Shown here: piece by piece, positions 1-12,216 of the stretch
How positions within the stretch are numbered: the first letter of the stretch is position 1
Layout of the letters: every line of letters starts with the position of its first letter
Origin: Dendrobates tinctorius
Taxonomy: Eukaryota
Assembly: GCF_039654945.1 (NCBI RefSeq)
Contig: NW_027361697.1
Span: 53,692,001-53,756,000, forward strand
Length of the DNA: 64,000 nucleotides
Direction: 5' to 3'
Translations under genes and position numbers: made by a program
Notes under the pieces: model-generated
Database searches by the model: none
The model's input: the letters and a program-made list of their open reading frames with translations, nothing else
What the model was told of the DNA's origin: nothing

Positions 1-231
1 CTACTTAAATGTAGTCAGACAATTATAACTAATTCCAGTGTTCAGCAAGGGGTAGGCTTCTTAATATAAAGTTTGCAGTCTACAGCAAATTAGAGGAATT
101 ATAAGTCTAATCAGTTCTGTCAACGTCATGGATCCTTCGTTTTTAAGAAAGCAGTAGTAGAATCTGTATGGCATGAATCATAATGATACCATTTCCACAA
201 CTCATTTATTATAGAAAAAAACACTCCACCA

Positions 232-1209
232 TGTTAGGCGCCGGGACTTTCCCGCTGCATAGAATAGATCCCAAGCTTTATCTGGTTCTGCGGTCTCCCA
301 TTCAGGTCCGGCCACTGCTTCTCAGCACAGACATCGGTCCCAGCATCTTGCTCAGGCTCGTGGTATATATTTGGTTACTGCTGGCTCTCCAGCCAAGTCT
401 ATGGTAACCGGTGTTATACAGTTGCAGTGTTGCACTCTGGAGTCTAAGTCCAGAGATCACTGTACTAAGCATGCCCGTGATGTGGCATCTTTCCATTGGT
501 GGTCAGACATTAGCTGCTCTGGTGAGGTGGCAGTTCCGGATTGGTCCGTGGGCGATGCCTCGACCGACTGGGCATGAGTGTTTGGGGGTGGAGCCCAGTG
601 TATAAAAGACACTCAGTGGCGCAGGCAGGCACACTAGTGTCATTTATGTTTAGTGTGTGTGGGTGGATACTCTACCAATCTGTCTGTAATTGTGTGTGTG
701 TCTGTCTATGCTCTGAGACTGTACACACTGGCAAGCAGGTAGCACACCTTTGCGGTTTTGTACCCATGGCCCTACGCCAGTCTCTAGTCTGCTACATTCT
801 TAGAGTGGCGGTCAGGCACAGGTTCATCAGCATCAGGACTGGGGTAACTAGCCGCTTGGCTTTGCATCTGCTTCATTCTTGTGTGCAGTTAGCACAGTTC
901 GGTTACAGAGCAAGCTCAACCTTTGTGCCGTACTTCTCAGTAAAGTCAACAGGGTATTGTACCTAGAGTCATAAGAGCTCTTTCTCTTGGCTCTACATCT
1001 GCTTCATTCGTGTGTGCTGTTAGCACAGTTTAGTTGCAGAGCAAGCCCAATCCACGTGCTAGCTTCCTTGTGACGTTTAACAGGGTAAGAGTACATAGCA
1101 AACTTAGTGCCATAACTCTCAGTGAAGTAACTGAGCTTGGTACTGTAGTGAAACCTCCACCAGGGGGACCTGGTGAGGGAATAGAGGTTACACACTAAGC
1201 GTAGCAACA
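232..1209 (+). mobile_element. Possible solo LTR (Gypsy-type)
   Basis: Begins TGTTAGG and ends GCAACA (TG...CA). TATAAAA at ~601. Imperfect internal repeats at ~880-920 and ~1012-1052. No TSD found. Confidence 0.4.
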
Positions 1210-1226
1210 CTGATCAACCGCACAGG

Positions 1227-1693
1227 TGTCACAGGTAATGAGAAAATGGTCAGACGAACCAAGTCAGAAACTATAAGGAGCAGACATACCAGAAGTAGCA
1301 GCAATACACATAGTCAAAATACCAAGCTGAGGGTCAAAAAGCCAAATATGAGTGAGGGATCCAAAAACGTGAGACGGAAGACGTGGTGGGGGTACAAGCC
1401 GGGGAATCAAAAGCTAGACAGAGAACATAGCAGCAGAGACGAATACCAAGAGACAGGATCAGGGATCATTCCAGGTCAAACACGTGGATACAAGTCAAAG
1501 GCAGGAGGAGCACCAAGGTACAAGGGTCAGAGGCTCTAAACTGGAAGCTAGAGCTATCACTAACACTGGTCAGCAGCCTGTGACGGACTGAAATAGCCCA
1601 GCTAACTTCAGAACGAGGCTGAGGAGATTAACCCCCTCATTACCAGTCCAGAGAGAATACAGAAGAAAATAAACTCTGGACTGGACCATGACA
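1227..1693 (-). mobile_element. Possible second solo LTR, reverse orientation
   Basis: TGTCAC...ATGACA termini with a purine-rich body. No TSD found. Confidence 0.35.
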
Positions 1694-2839
1694 GGTGCAT
1701 TCCGTTCACACTGTGTGGCATCAAAACAGTGTGTTTAAAGTAACGCTTGCTGTCTTATTCTGTCATTGTTCTCACTAGCAGCCGGTAACATCTCTGCACT
1801 GTGGACCCTAACACACCATTCCTTAATATTGGCTCACAAGGCTGTATATAGAATTTCTAGCCACCCGTCTCCTTTATCCAGTGATTTCATGGTGAATAGT
1901 ATTGAATATTTCAGGAGGTATAAGGCAGCTTAGAGCTACATAATTTATTTGACAGTCGACAGATAATATTTTTTTTCTTGGTCTATGAGTGTGAGTGGGT
2001 TCTTGGCAATAACACTAATGGTCTGGAGTATTGTGAAAATGTTTATGTCAGTCGTTGGCTAAGGATAATTAAAATATAGAATGGTGAAATGGTCAATGTT
2101 AAAATGCTGACTGGTCTTGTATAGTGAAACAGGCCAATAATTGAATTAGATCAGTGAATGACAGGTAGTGAAGATGACTATACAGCACCACTTCAATAGG
2201 TACTCACTTGTACATAAGATTGAGCAGCAGGGGTGTACCGTATATACTCGCGTATAAGCCGAGATTTTCAGCCCATTTTTTGGGGCTGAAAGTCCCCCTC
2301 TCGGCTTATTACGCGAGTCATATACCGGGGGGTGGGCGGGGGTGTCAGAGATCATACTCACCTCTACTAGCACTTCTCTGCAGCCTCTGTGTCTCCCTCT
2401 GCCATCTGCTTCCTGCAATCAGTGGTCACATGGTACCGCTCATTAAACTCATGAATATGCGCATATTTAATGAGCAGTACCACATGACCAGCTGAATGCA
2501 GGAAGCAGACGGCAGAGGGAGAGAAGCAGGGGCTGCCGCTGCAGAGAAGACCTTTCGCTAGGAAGGGTGAGTATGACAGGGGCAGAGTGATATTCACCTG
2601 TCCCCGTTCCAAGCCGTGCACCGCTGTGTCTCCGGGTCCTCCTGCTGTGATGGCAGAGGGCGCGATGACGTATTCAGTGCGCGTCCTCTGCTGTCACTGC
2701 AGAGAGCCGGGAAGACAAGAAACGGGGCACCTACGAACAATTTAAAGGGATCCAACCTAGACCTATAATACTACATGTAATTATCAAAGAAGAGAAAAGG
2801 AATAGGCCACAAACAGGGGATCACCCAAGGTAGGAAGCA

Positions 2840-3854
2840 GCATATACAATACTCATTTTATTGAACACGGAAAACAGACACTGAAAATGTAAACGCATTA
2901 AAAATGGTCACACATGTGACACATACAAAAATAGCACTATGCCCATAATAGAGCAACCTATCTGCTAACACAAGCAACCACACCGGGAATAATGTCTATA
3001 ACTCTAGGTCCATGTAAACATGATAACAACAATAGAAAGGTATATAAGCCCACAAATGGGAGTGATAAACCATACATAAATCAAAGAAATAAACAATACA
3101 TAATCAAAATAGAAAATAAATCTCTAACCCAAAAAGTGGGGTAAAAGCTGATGACATGAGGCACAATACAGAAAATAGCATAGCCCCTAGACTATCTTGA
3201 TCCAACTTGGGTACATAGGACACAGGGTAATGCCAGCTATAAAGACTTCCTATAAGGGTATCACAGCCTAAAGTTAGGCATATGAAAAATGGAATGGCCA
3301 AAATCATCCAAACCATTAGGGGCTAGAGGGGGGTTAAATAAACAGAAAAATTCTTGAGACCCCCTCAATAATTGGCACACATGAGCATCAGCAAAATACA
3401 AAAACCATGTGGAGTAGAGTGGAGCAGGCAGAAAGAAGGACGTTATAGGAAGATACCCTTATAGGAAGTCTATTTAGATTGCATTACCCTGTTTCTTATG
3501 TACCCCTGTTGGATCAAGATACTCTTGGGGCTATGCTATTTTCTGTATTGTGCCTCATGTCATCAGCTTTTACCCCCCTTTCTAATTTGATTATGTATTG
3601 TTTATTTCTTTGATTTATGTATGGTTTATCACTCACATTTGTGGGCTTACATACCTTTCTATTATTGTTATCATGTTTACATGGACCTAGGGTTATAGAC
3701 ATTATTCCCGGTGTGGTTGTTTGTGTTAGCAGATGGGTTGCTCTATTATGGGCATAGTGCCATTTTTGTATGTGTCACATGTGTGACCATTTTTAATGCT
3801 TTTACATTTTCCGTGTCTGTTTTCTGTGTTCAATAAAATGAGTATTGTATATGC
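2840..3854. repeat. Long inverted repeat (arms ~2840-3262 and ~3452-3854), probable Penelope-like insertion
   Basis: Arms are diverged reverse complements, with a ~20-bp indel and AATAAA near the outer ends. An imperfect flanking duplication GCAGAGAGCC(G/A)GG..AGACA lies at 2699 and 3853. Confidence 0.7.
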
Positions 3855-3974
3855 AGAGAGCCAGGAGACACAGTGGTGGATGGCAATGGAACAGGGACAG
3901 GTGAATATACCCACCGACGGAGAGGTGAGTTTGTCATTTTTTTTTTAATTGCAGCAGCAGCAGCAAATAAGGGG

Positions 3975-4505
3975 TATATATGGAGCATGTTATGGGGCAG
4001 CATTAACCAATGTGGAGCAGCATATGGGGGGTATTTATGGGGCATTAACCTTTGTGGAGCAGCATATGGGGGTATTTATGGGGCAGCATTAACCCTTGTG
4101 GCGCAGCATATGGGGGGTATTTATGGAGCATCTTCTTGGGCCAGCATTAACCCTTGAGGAGCAGCTTATGGGGGGTATTTATGGGGCAGCATTAACCCTT
4201 GTGCAGCAGCATATGGAGGGTATTTATGGAGCATCTCCTTGGGCCAGAATTAACCCTTGTGGAGCAGCGTATGGGGAGTATTTATGGGGCAGCATTAACA
4301 CTTGTTGAGCAGCTTATGGGGGTATTTATGGGGCAGCATTAACCCTTGTGCAGCAGCATATGGGGGGTATTTATGGAGCATCTTCTTGGGCCAGCATTAA
4401 CCCTTGTGGAGCAGTATATGGGGGGTATTTATGGGGCATCTTCTTGGGCCAGTATTAACCCTTGTGCAGCAGCATATGGGGGGTTTTATCTATGGAGCAT
4501 CTTCT
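3975..4505. repeat. ~43-52 bp minisatellite inside the pogo-like element
   Basis: Unit GCAGCATATGGGGGGTATTTATGGGGCAGCATTAACCCTTGTG alternates with a CATCTTCTTGGGCC variant. Confidence 0.9.
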
Positions 4506-6742
4506 CGGACCACCATTTAACCCTAGGCTTATATGCGAGTCAATAAGTTTTCCCAGTTTTTTATGACAAAATTAGGGGGGTCGGCTTATACACGGGTCGG
4601 CTTATACACGAGTATATACGGTAATTTCAATAGGTGTAGGGTTAGAATTGCACCCAGACCTTGGAGCCCAAAAGTTTCTCAGACCCATATGAAAAGACCA
4701 AAAGTATTAAAGACTTGCAATAATTAGGGATTTGCATTGGGGCCCATGAGGTTTAAGTTACACCACTGAGGAACACCCGGCCCAACCATCTAAAATATTG
4801 TTTGAAATATCTGGTGCAATCAATACTTTCCAACACTTAAAACCTCATGGCATGATTCTTCAGTCTTAATTTAGTATTTTTAATATTGTAATAAAGATAT
4901 ACATATTTTTATCTCATTAATTTTTAAATATTCATGCCAACCTACTTAAACAACACAGAATTTAACCTTATTAGGTATTCATATAATAATGAATCCAACT
5001 GCTTTTTTTGTACCATAATTATATTTTAGTGTACAAGACTACAAAGGTAAAAATGATGGCTCACCCAGAATATAAACATTTTCTCACTGAGAGGCACAGG
5101 AATGAGTAGTAATCCAAGTTTAATGGTTAAAGTATCCAAAGAGGTACAATACTTGGAGATTAGTTTTACAATTAGTGGGGATTGTCACTTGATAAGTAAA
5201 ATAGTATAACAGGACATTGGTAGCATGCTTCCCAGTCACATTTTTTTGTTCATGTTGCAAATTTTAGCTTTCAGAGGAATTAGCAAATTGTGGGAGAATA
5301 AACTGTTTTACTTGGGACATACAGCATTTGTTGTTATTTGCATTGAGGAAGCAGGAGTAATAGTCACAGCTAGAGATCAGTGAATCAGTTCATGGAGGGT
5401 CAACTTCTAGCTGAATTTCCCGAGATTCACATTTGTCTGAGGATTCAAACAATCTGTGATTCAATTTACAAGAATGGGCAAAATAAGGGGAGGTAAGCAC
5501 TGTTTCACTTACTGCTTAATACTGAGAGAGCGGGCTCATGACATCATAAATGGTCAAGCCAGCTTCCCTATAATGCCCTGCAGCAATCACATTGCATGCT
5601 CTAGCACAGTCATTAAGTGGGGCTATCACAGGGACTATAAAAGATGGGGGCAGGCCAAGCAGCACCATTTCATGCTTTTATAGTGTAGGGATAGGAGTTC
5701 AAAATGCACAGCTCATCCCACACTGGGATAGAAAAAGGCCTAATATGGTTGTGACACACCACTGCAATGCTGAAGCACATTTAAAATAAGAGTGGTAGTT
5801 TCAGTCTGTGAATAAAAAACAAAAAGAGGAAAAAATGGTCAATAATAATAATGATCATATAAAAATAGCAAAAATTTTATTTAAAACACAAGTAGGTGTG
5901 CAGTGGCAATGTAGGAGACAGGTGCACACACATGATACTTAAAAACAAAAACAAAATCAAAGATAAAAAGTGATATGTGCAAGGGGAAATCAAAAGATAT
6001 AAATGTATAGATAAAAAATATTTACAGGCCATAAAGTCACATATGAAAGTGTTATCTGCTATAGCATAATAGCTAACAGAGTAAATAAGGTGCTGAAAAT
6101 GAACATCAAAAAGTATATATCTGTTTTATGTGAACAAGATATCTGTTAAGGCAAAATCGCTAAAAGAGCAACTAAAGTGCAGGAAGTGCACAGCACAACA
6201 TATATATCACAGGGCAGTGATTAAATGGAGTGCAAATAATTTACTGTATATGGCAGTATACCTGTACAGGATCCCAAAGATAAGTGTGTGCCCACCCCAA
6301 CGTGCGTTCAGGTAATTACCTTTGTCAGGGCCAACTATAACATAGTTCACTCAGTATAATCTAAATTCCAACACCCCCTCTCACCAGGTAAGGCTTAGTT
6401 TGTATGGCCCATCTTCTTCATTAGCCTGGAATGTATTTCTACGGTTAAGGGCTTCTTAAAAATATCTTCAGTCACAACTTCAGTTGGCCAGTGTTGTAAG
6501 TCAAGAAACCTTTATTCTTAAAGACCCCTCAAAAAAATAAACTTGACATTATAATACCTGGCTGTTTGGTTAACTCTTTCCACTTGTGCACCAGACATCC
6601 TTGATTGTCTTTGTGAGGAGCTGGAGCTGGTCTTGGACAAAAGACTATCAGATAAATGGACATAGAGTGGAGTCCATGGCTTCAAGGGATGTTGACTTTT
6701 CCAACACGGAGCATCGGTTATATCGATCTTGTTGTATTTTAT

Positions 6743-8435
6743 GTTGAATCTATTTTTATTGAAAAAACAAGTATACAAAGGAAGCATACAAGATAACAAA
6801 AGTTATACACCCATCTGTACAAGATCATAGCATAAACAGTTTCATGTAAAGCCTACATATCTTTTAAAATATGAACTCGTATCTGCACAATAGGGTATAC
6901 ATTGAGAAAGCACAAGACCCCATCATGAACCAAACTCGAAACAAGTGACAGGAATTGTAGGTTGATTAACCCTGCTATATAGCATACATTAACATTTGAC
7001 TGATATGTAATGAAATAGGCTGGAAAACAAACCTTTCGCTCACACCATCTTTAGTATATTGGTAACATAAATGGGGAGATGCACCAAAACAATAATCGCA
7101 AGCTTTCAAAGTGCGTTTAAACATATATCCACAAGGGTGTATTACAAAAAAAAAAAGGGAAAATAGAAAACATAAGAAAGAAGTGGAAAAGAACCTGAAA
7201 GAGCTTAGGATGGAACATTTAGGAAAAATAGGGAAGTAGGAAGGGAGAGAGGGGGATGAAAGGGTAGGGAAAAGACGGGCACCAGACCTCCGAGCCAGCC
7301 CCTATGAAGCCTCCTCAACCAGTTGGGATAGCCCGGCTGTTTCTTTGAATATGATCCAGGGATGCCAAGTACGGATCAAGCGGGTATTATCCCCTTCCAT
7401 TTCCGCTATCAATTCCTCCATCCGGAAGATTTCTGCAAATTCGGACACCCATTCCGCCATTGTGGGCGGTGTTACTTCTCGCCAATGGCGTGGAATTACC
7501 ATGCGTGCCGCTGTGATACAGAACCTGAGAAGGCTCCGCTTCGGAACGGATATGGGGCCTGGAAGGATTGAAAGGATGGCAATTTGCGGGGAAGGGGGAA
7601 CATAATCGCCGGAAATTTTATTATAAGCCAGAAACACATTCTTCCAAAAAGATTGAATAACGGAACACTGCCACCATATATGAAATAGTGTGCCTCTCTC
7701 AGTTCTACAGCGCCAACAGGTGTCCTCTACTAACGGAAAAATAGACTTTAGTCTAGTGGGGGACAGATACCATCTGGTCAATATCTTGACATTTTTCTCC
7801 TGTGCACCCCCAGCCAGGGACATTTTGTGTGTGAATAGGTAAGCTTTGTTAAGGTCCTCAGTCGAGAATTCACATCCCATCTCCTTTTCCCATGCCCGAA
7901 TATAACTCGGAGTCACCTCCGAATCCTCAGCGTGGAGTTCCTTGTATAAAAGAGAAATCAAATGAGAAGGGGGGTCCTGCTGTTGTAATAAATTTTCCAT
8001 TCTTGTCATGGGGGGGCAAGAATTGCAGTCAACTATATGTCTCTGGATAAATGACTTCAACTGATTATATTCCATCCAGGAGAGCCCCACAGTGGGAAAT
8101 TGTTCCCGTAGGGTCTCCAAAGGTGGAATCTTCCCTCCTACCAGTACCTGTCCCAAACGCAAGTCCGAGCCCACAAGCCATCCCAAAAAACGTTCCCTGA
8201 AACGGCCAGGAGGAAAGTCTGGATTGCCAAAAATTGGCATCAGCGGATTCAGGGTGCTGATCAACTTCTTCTTAATTTTTATGCGATTCCAGAGTTGTAA
8301 TGTCTCCCATGCCAAAAAACCCGTAGATCCCTCAGCGTCGTTTGAAGTAAAGTCATAACATCGAATCCAAGGAAGGTGTCGCAAGGGGACGTCAAAGGAT
8401 GTCTGTTCCAATTGAACCCATTGTTTAGAACGGTG
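6743..8435 (-). mobile_element. 5'-truncated LINE-1 (ORF2 C-terminus plus 3' UTR)
   Basis: ORF 7302..8411 has the L1 C-terminal motifs (RWYLSP, CWRC..GTLFHIWWQC..FW). AATAAA on the minus strand at ~6755. 12-bp TSD GTTGTATTTTAT at 6731-6742 and 8436-8447. Confidence 0.9.
7302..8411 (-). pseudogene. L1 ORF2 C-terminal fragment (cysteine-rich zf-RVT region)
   Basis: 369-aa open frame with the CxxC..H..C motif. No EN or RT domain, consistent with 5' truncation. Confidence 0.85.
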
Positions 8436-9169
8436 GTTGTATTTTATTATAGATTTGCTTGCTCGTCAATTTAGGATGGACATTCAATTGTTATTGGATC
8501 GGGAGCGACACCGGGGGGAACACAGTTCACATGTACACATGCCATGTTCATCCAGACCCCGGACCCATGAGGTGGAGAGGTGTGGACTGGATCTTATGTA
8601 TGCATAAGGTCAGGCACATGATTGGTAATTAGGTAAAGCAATCATTCCATTAAGCGCGTTAGTATTTCAGTGACCTCATTTAAGCCACTGTTCTCACAGC
8701 CACTGGTCCCATTATGTGGATGGGGATAGTAGAACCAGTGGAGCCATCATAACAGGTGTCTCGCATGTAGTCCCAGGTGAGAGGCTCATCCTCAGGGTGT
8801 GTTTCCAGAATGCCGATCTTGATCCTGGCGGGGTAGCTTGGGGTACTTCAGACTCTGACGAGGAATTGGGTGGTTGTTGCTGGCTGGAGTTGCATAACAT
8901 GCTATGGTCGTGGTATTAGTTGTATGGAGGAGCATAGGCTATCACTGCAGACTTTACCGGTGGGAGATACAAAAGCTGTGGGACAACCAAAAGTTGAGAG
9001 AAAGTGGGTATCTCCTGGTACGGAGGCACTGGAACTACAGGTCCTGAGTTGGTATCTTTTGGACTGGGCGCATCTCATTGTGGCCATCTACCTAGAGTTG
9101 CTGTAAGATCATAGATGGAAGAAATGAAAATGATTGCATTGCTAACCTGCTTAGATGATTAATACAACC

Positions 9170-10240
9170 CACAACCTCAGATCCTCACAGTCTTCAAAAA
9201 TGTTTTTTGTTGACCTAAATCTGTCAACAGCCAAATAACTTTTTGACTTACCCGTGCTGCTGCAACATATTTTTCCTTCGTTGAAGAGAATGTTAAAAAG
9301 CGTTAAACTCGTTCAAATGAAGGAACCACCTGAAAAAGAAACAGAAATCTAGTGGTGGACTTCCAGTCTCAGGAGAAAACAGTTGAGTCCATATTTACAT
9401 TACATTCTTCTAGGTTACAGAAATTTAGTACACAGCTCCCGTTACATAAAAAATTAATTCTCTTCATGGCATTTCTGTCCACCTGACTTAGTTTTGAGAC
9501 GTTTCTGCATAAGATACCTACCGCTGAAGCAATGTCTGGTTTTGTAGCAGCGCTACTGTAGAGCAATTTTTCTAATGTTTTCTTATACTGATTTTCATTT
9601 CGTAGCAAATTTATTTTGTTGTTCAGTTCCTTAAAATATTGGTTTTCCATAAGATTCTTAACTGGTTTTTCATCCTCAAATCTAAACGTTTCAATTGTAT
9701 TTTGTAGACATGAGCAAATCCTTTAAAATTCGAATTTGCCAGCATTTTCCCCCAAAAATGTAATTTATGTCAAGTTGCTTGACCGTGAAGCACAAGGATT
9801 TAAAAGCCTCTAATTGCATTAAATATACATGTATAATGTTCTGATGTCTCCTAAGACTGTATTCAAACCCTTTCAAGTTCTTATACACAAGCACAGCACT
9901 ATTAATGTCAAAATGACCTCTAGATACAGTATATGGCAGCATATCGTTGTCAGTGGCAACCACCAGCTTCTTTAACAGAACCTGCACTGATAGACTTGTG
10001 TTTTCTAAAATGTAAAGATTGTCTAAAAATAATTGCTTTTATTCCTTCCATGCTGGTTTTTATATAGTGTACAAAGAAGAAGTCCTGTTTGTTTGACAAT
10101 CACTGGCCCCAAAAGTTTCCTTTTTGGGGCAATAGAGGTTTGTTGAACATAAAATGGGCACTCAAACCTTAAAGTTAAATCAATATGCAGGTGCATAAAT
10201 GTGCTGTATGCAAACAAAGTAAGGATGCATTTGAAAATTG
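9170..10240 (-). mobile_element. Degenerate Ty1/copia RT-RNaseH remnant
   Basis: LLYSSAATKPDIASAVGILCR..AMKRI matches copia LLY..TRPDI.AVG.L.R. SSTKEKYVAAARVSQKVIWL at ~9225-9290 matches SSTEAEYVA...E.IWL. Confidence 0.75.
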
Positions 10241-10269
10241 AATTTTGCTTATTGCTAAAAATGTACTGC

Positions 10270-11140
10270 TAACACTTCTAAGTGTAAATCTAAATAAAAT
10301 CAATATGTAGGATGAACACCCTTTGTCTTCAAAACAACATCAATTCTTCTAGATACACTTGTATGCAATTTTTGAAAAAACTCAGCAGGGAGATTGTTCC
10401 AAGCATCTTGAAAGACAAACCACAGATCTCCTGTGGATGTTGCTTGTGCAGATTCTTCTGTCTCTTCATGTGATCCCAGACAGACTCAATGATGTTGAGA
10501 TCAGGGCTCTGTGGGAGCCATATGACCATTCCCATGACTCATTATTCTTTATGCTAAAAATAATTCTTTATATAATTAATTTCATGGTTAGGGTTGCTGT
10601 CCTTTTGCAGAATAAATTTGGAGGTGAACAGACTCCTCCCTAATGACTTTGAATTATGGATATCTATTTGCCTGCATTTCTCATAACTGAGGACACACAG
10701 AAATGGTTAACATTGAAAAACAAAGATACAGGGGTCAAACAAGGAAACAGAATAGGAGATAAAAGACACATCATTGCTTACTTCCCTTAGAAATTGGAAA
10801 ATTTACCGCAGTGCCTTCAGCTCAGAGAAGCCTGGCCATAAGTGGCATTCAAGGAAGAAATTGTGCCACAAAGGCATACCGTCAACATGGACACAAGGTG
10901 AAATGATTCAACTAAGCACAAAAACTTATGAACTGGAGGAAAATGGCAGCAGGTCCTTTGGGTTGATGAGTCAAATTTTTCACTGCAACAGAAAGATTGC
11001 TGCACAATAATAAGTGTCTGCAGACAACAGCAAGAAATGGTGGAGTTTCCTTGCACGTGTGGGGCTGCATCTCAGCAAATGGAGTTGGAAAATTTGTCAG
11101 GATTAATGGTTTCATCAATGCTATGAAATACATCAGCATT
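10270..11140. mobile_element. Degenerate Tc1 transposase fragments in both orientations
   Basis: WLPQSPDLNIIESVWD on the minus strand (10329-10535). GGVSLHVWGCISANGVG on the plus strand (~11040-11130). Confidence 0.75.
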
Positions 11141-11279
11141 CAAATCCTTGTGAAGACTATGCAAAGGTTTTGTCTTATTTGCAAGTCCTCAAGCTTCATC
11201 TTTATCAATTGCCTCTTATATTCAATTTATTGTTTAATCTCATACATGCGTTTGATAACAGTTGTGAATAGGCTAAAAC

Positions 11280-11612
11280 TAGAGAAGAGCGAACATCGTC
11301 GGCTCCCTCCTTATTCGGCAAGCTATAGCACCTACATAAGAAGCTGATCATCGGGAACCCGGATACCTGGAGTACACACGATGATCAGCTGTTCGGCGCC
11401 GCAGCTGCATGTGTGGCAGCTGTGTGACAGTTACAACACATGCATGGAGAGCCTGTGAGTTGTAACTGTCAAAGAGCCGCGACACATGCAGCTGCGGTGC
11501 TGGACACCAGATTATTGGGAGCGTTCCAGGTATCCGGGTTCCCGATGCAGCTTCTAATGTAGGCGCTATAGCTTGCCGAATAAGGAGGTAGCCGACGTTG
11601 TTCGTTTATCTC
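11280..11612. mobile_element. Palindromic hAT-type MITE
   Basis: TAGAGAAGAGCGAAC terminus. The body folds back on itself (CCTTATTCGGCAAGCTATAGC vs GCTATAGCTTGCCGAATAAGG). Confidence 0.7.
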
Positions 11613-12216
11613 AAAATTATCTTCCAAAATAGATGCAATATTTTCATATATGTAAATGTCATACTTATATCAGTAAACACTTTCATTCCTAGATAATATT
11701 GTATTCGTCTACATTAAACTTATCTGCTGAACACGATCAAGAAAGTTTTTAACGCTTCCAATATATTTATATTATCAAGAAAAATGTTTGAGCCGAGTTA
11801 TCCAGATTAAACGCTGACTCTAATGTACATTGTATTCATTAGTTGTTTATTAAAACATTTTAGCACTAGATTCTGAGTCAGTAAACACTTACAATGAGGA
11901 CTAATTCTGTATTCTCCATGTCATTATATGAGGTTATTGGAGTTCTGTGCAATGTGTTGGCTCCTTATTAATATGCACTAATGTAAAAATAAACAGAATC
12001 TACACGAGGCTAATACCATAAGGGGATTATGTGTTTTCTTGACAACAGACTCATTTAACTTCAGTGATTTGGGAAATGTTTTCTCCATAGAATATTATAC
12101 ATATTTAAGGTTCATTTTTATTACAAATTATTTATTTGTTATTCTATAAAATATCTATGCAAAATAACAATACATTTTGCTTTACTAAACTGAATCTATA
12201 GCATTACTTTTTTTTA

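Larger units (their letters stand above)
2238..4621. mobile_element. Non-autonomous Tc1/mariner-superfamily (pogo/Tigger-like) DNA transposon
   Basis: TIRs CCGTATATACTCGCGTATAAGCCGA and TCGGCTTATACACGAGTATATACGG. TA on both sides (2236-2237, 4622-4623). Confidence 0.85.

Noticed and set aside
183-1539. Short ORFs as host genes
   Set aside because: No recognisable domains, and they lie in LTR-like sequence.
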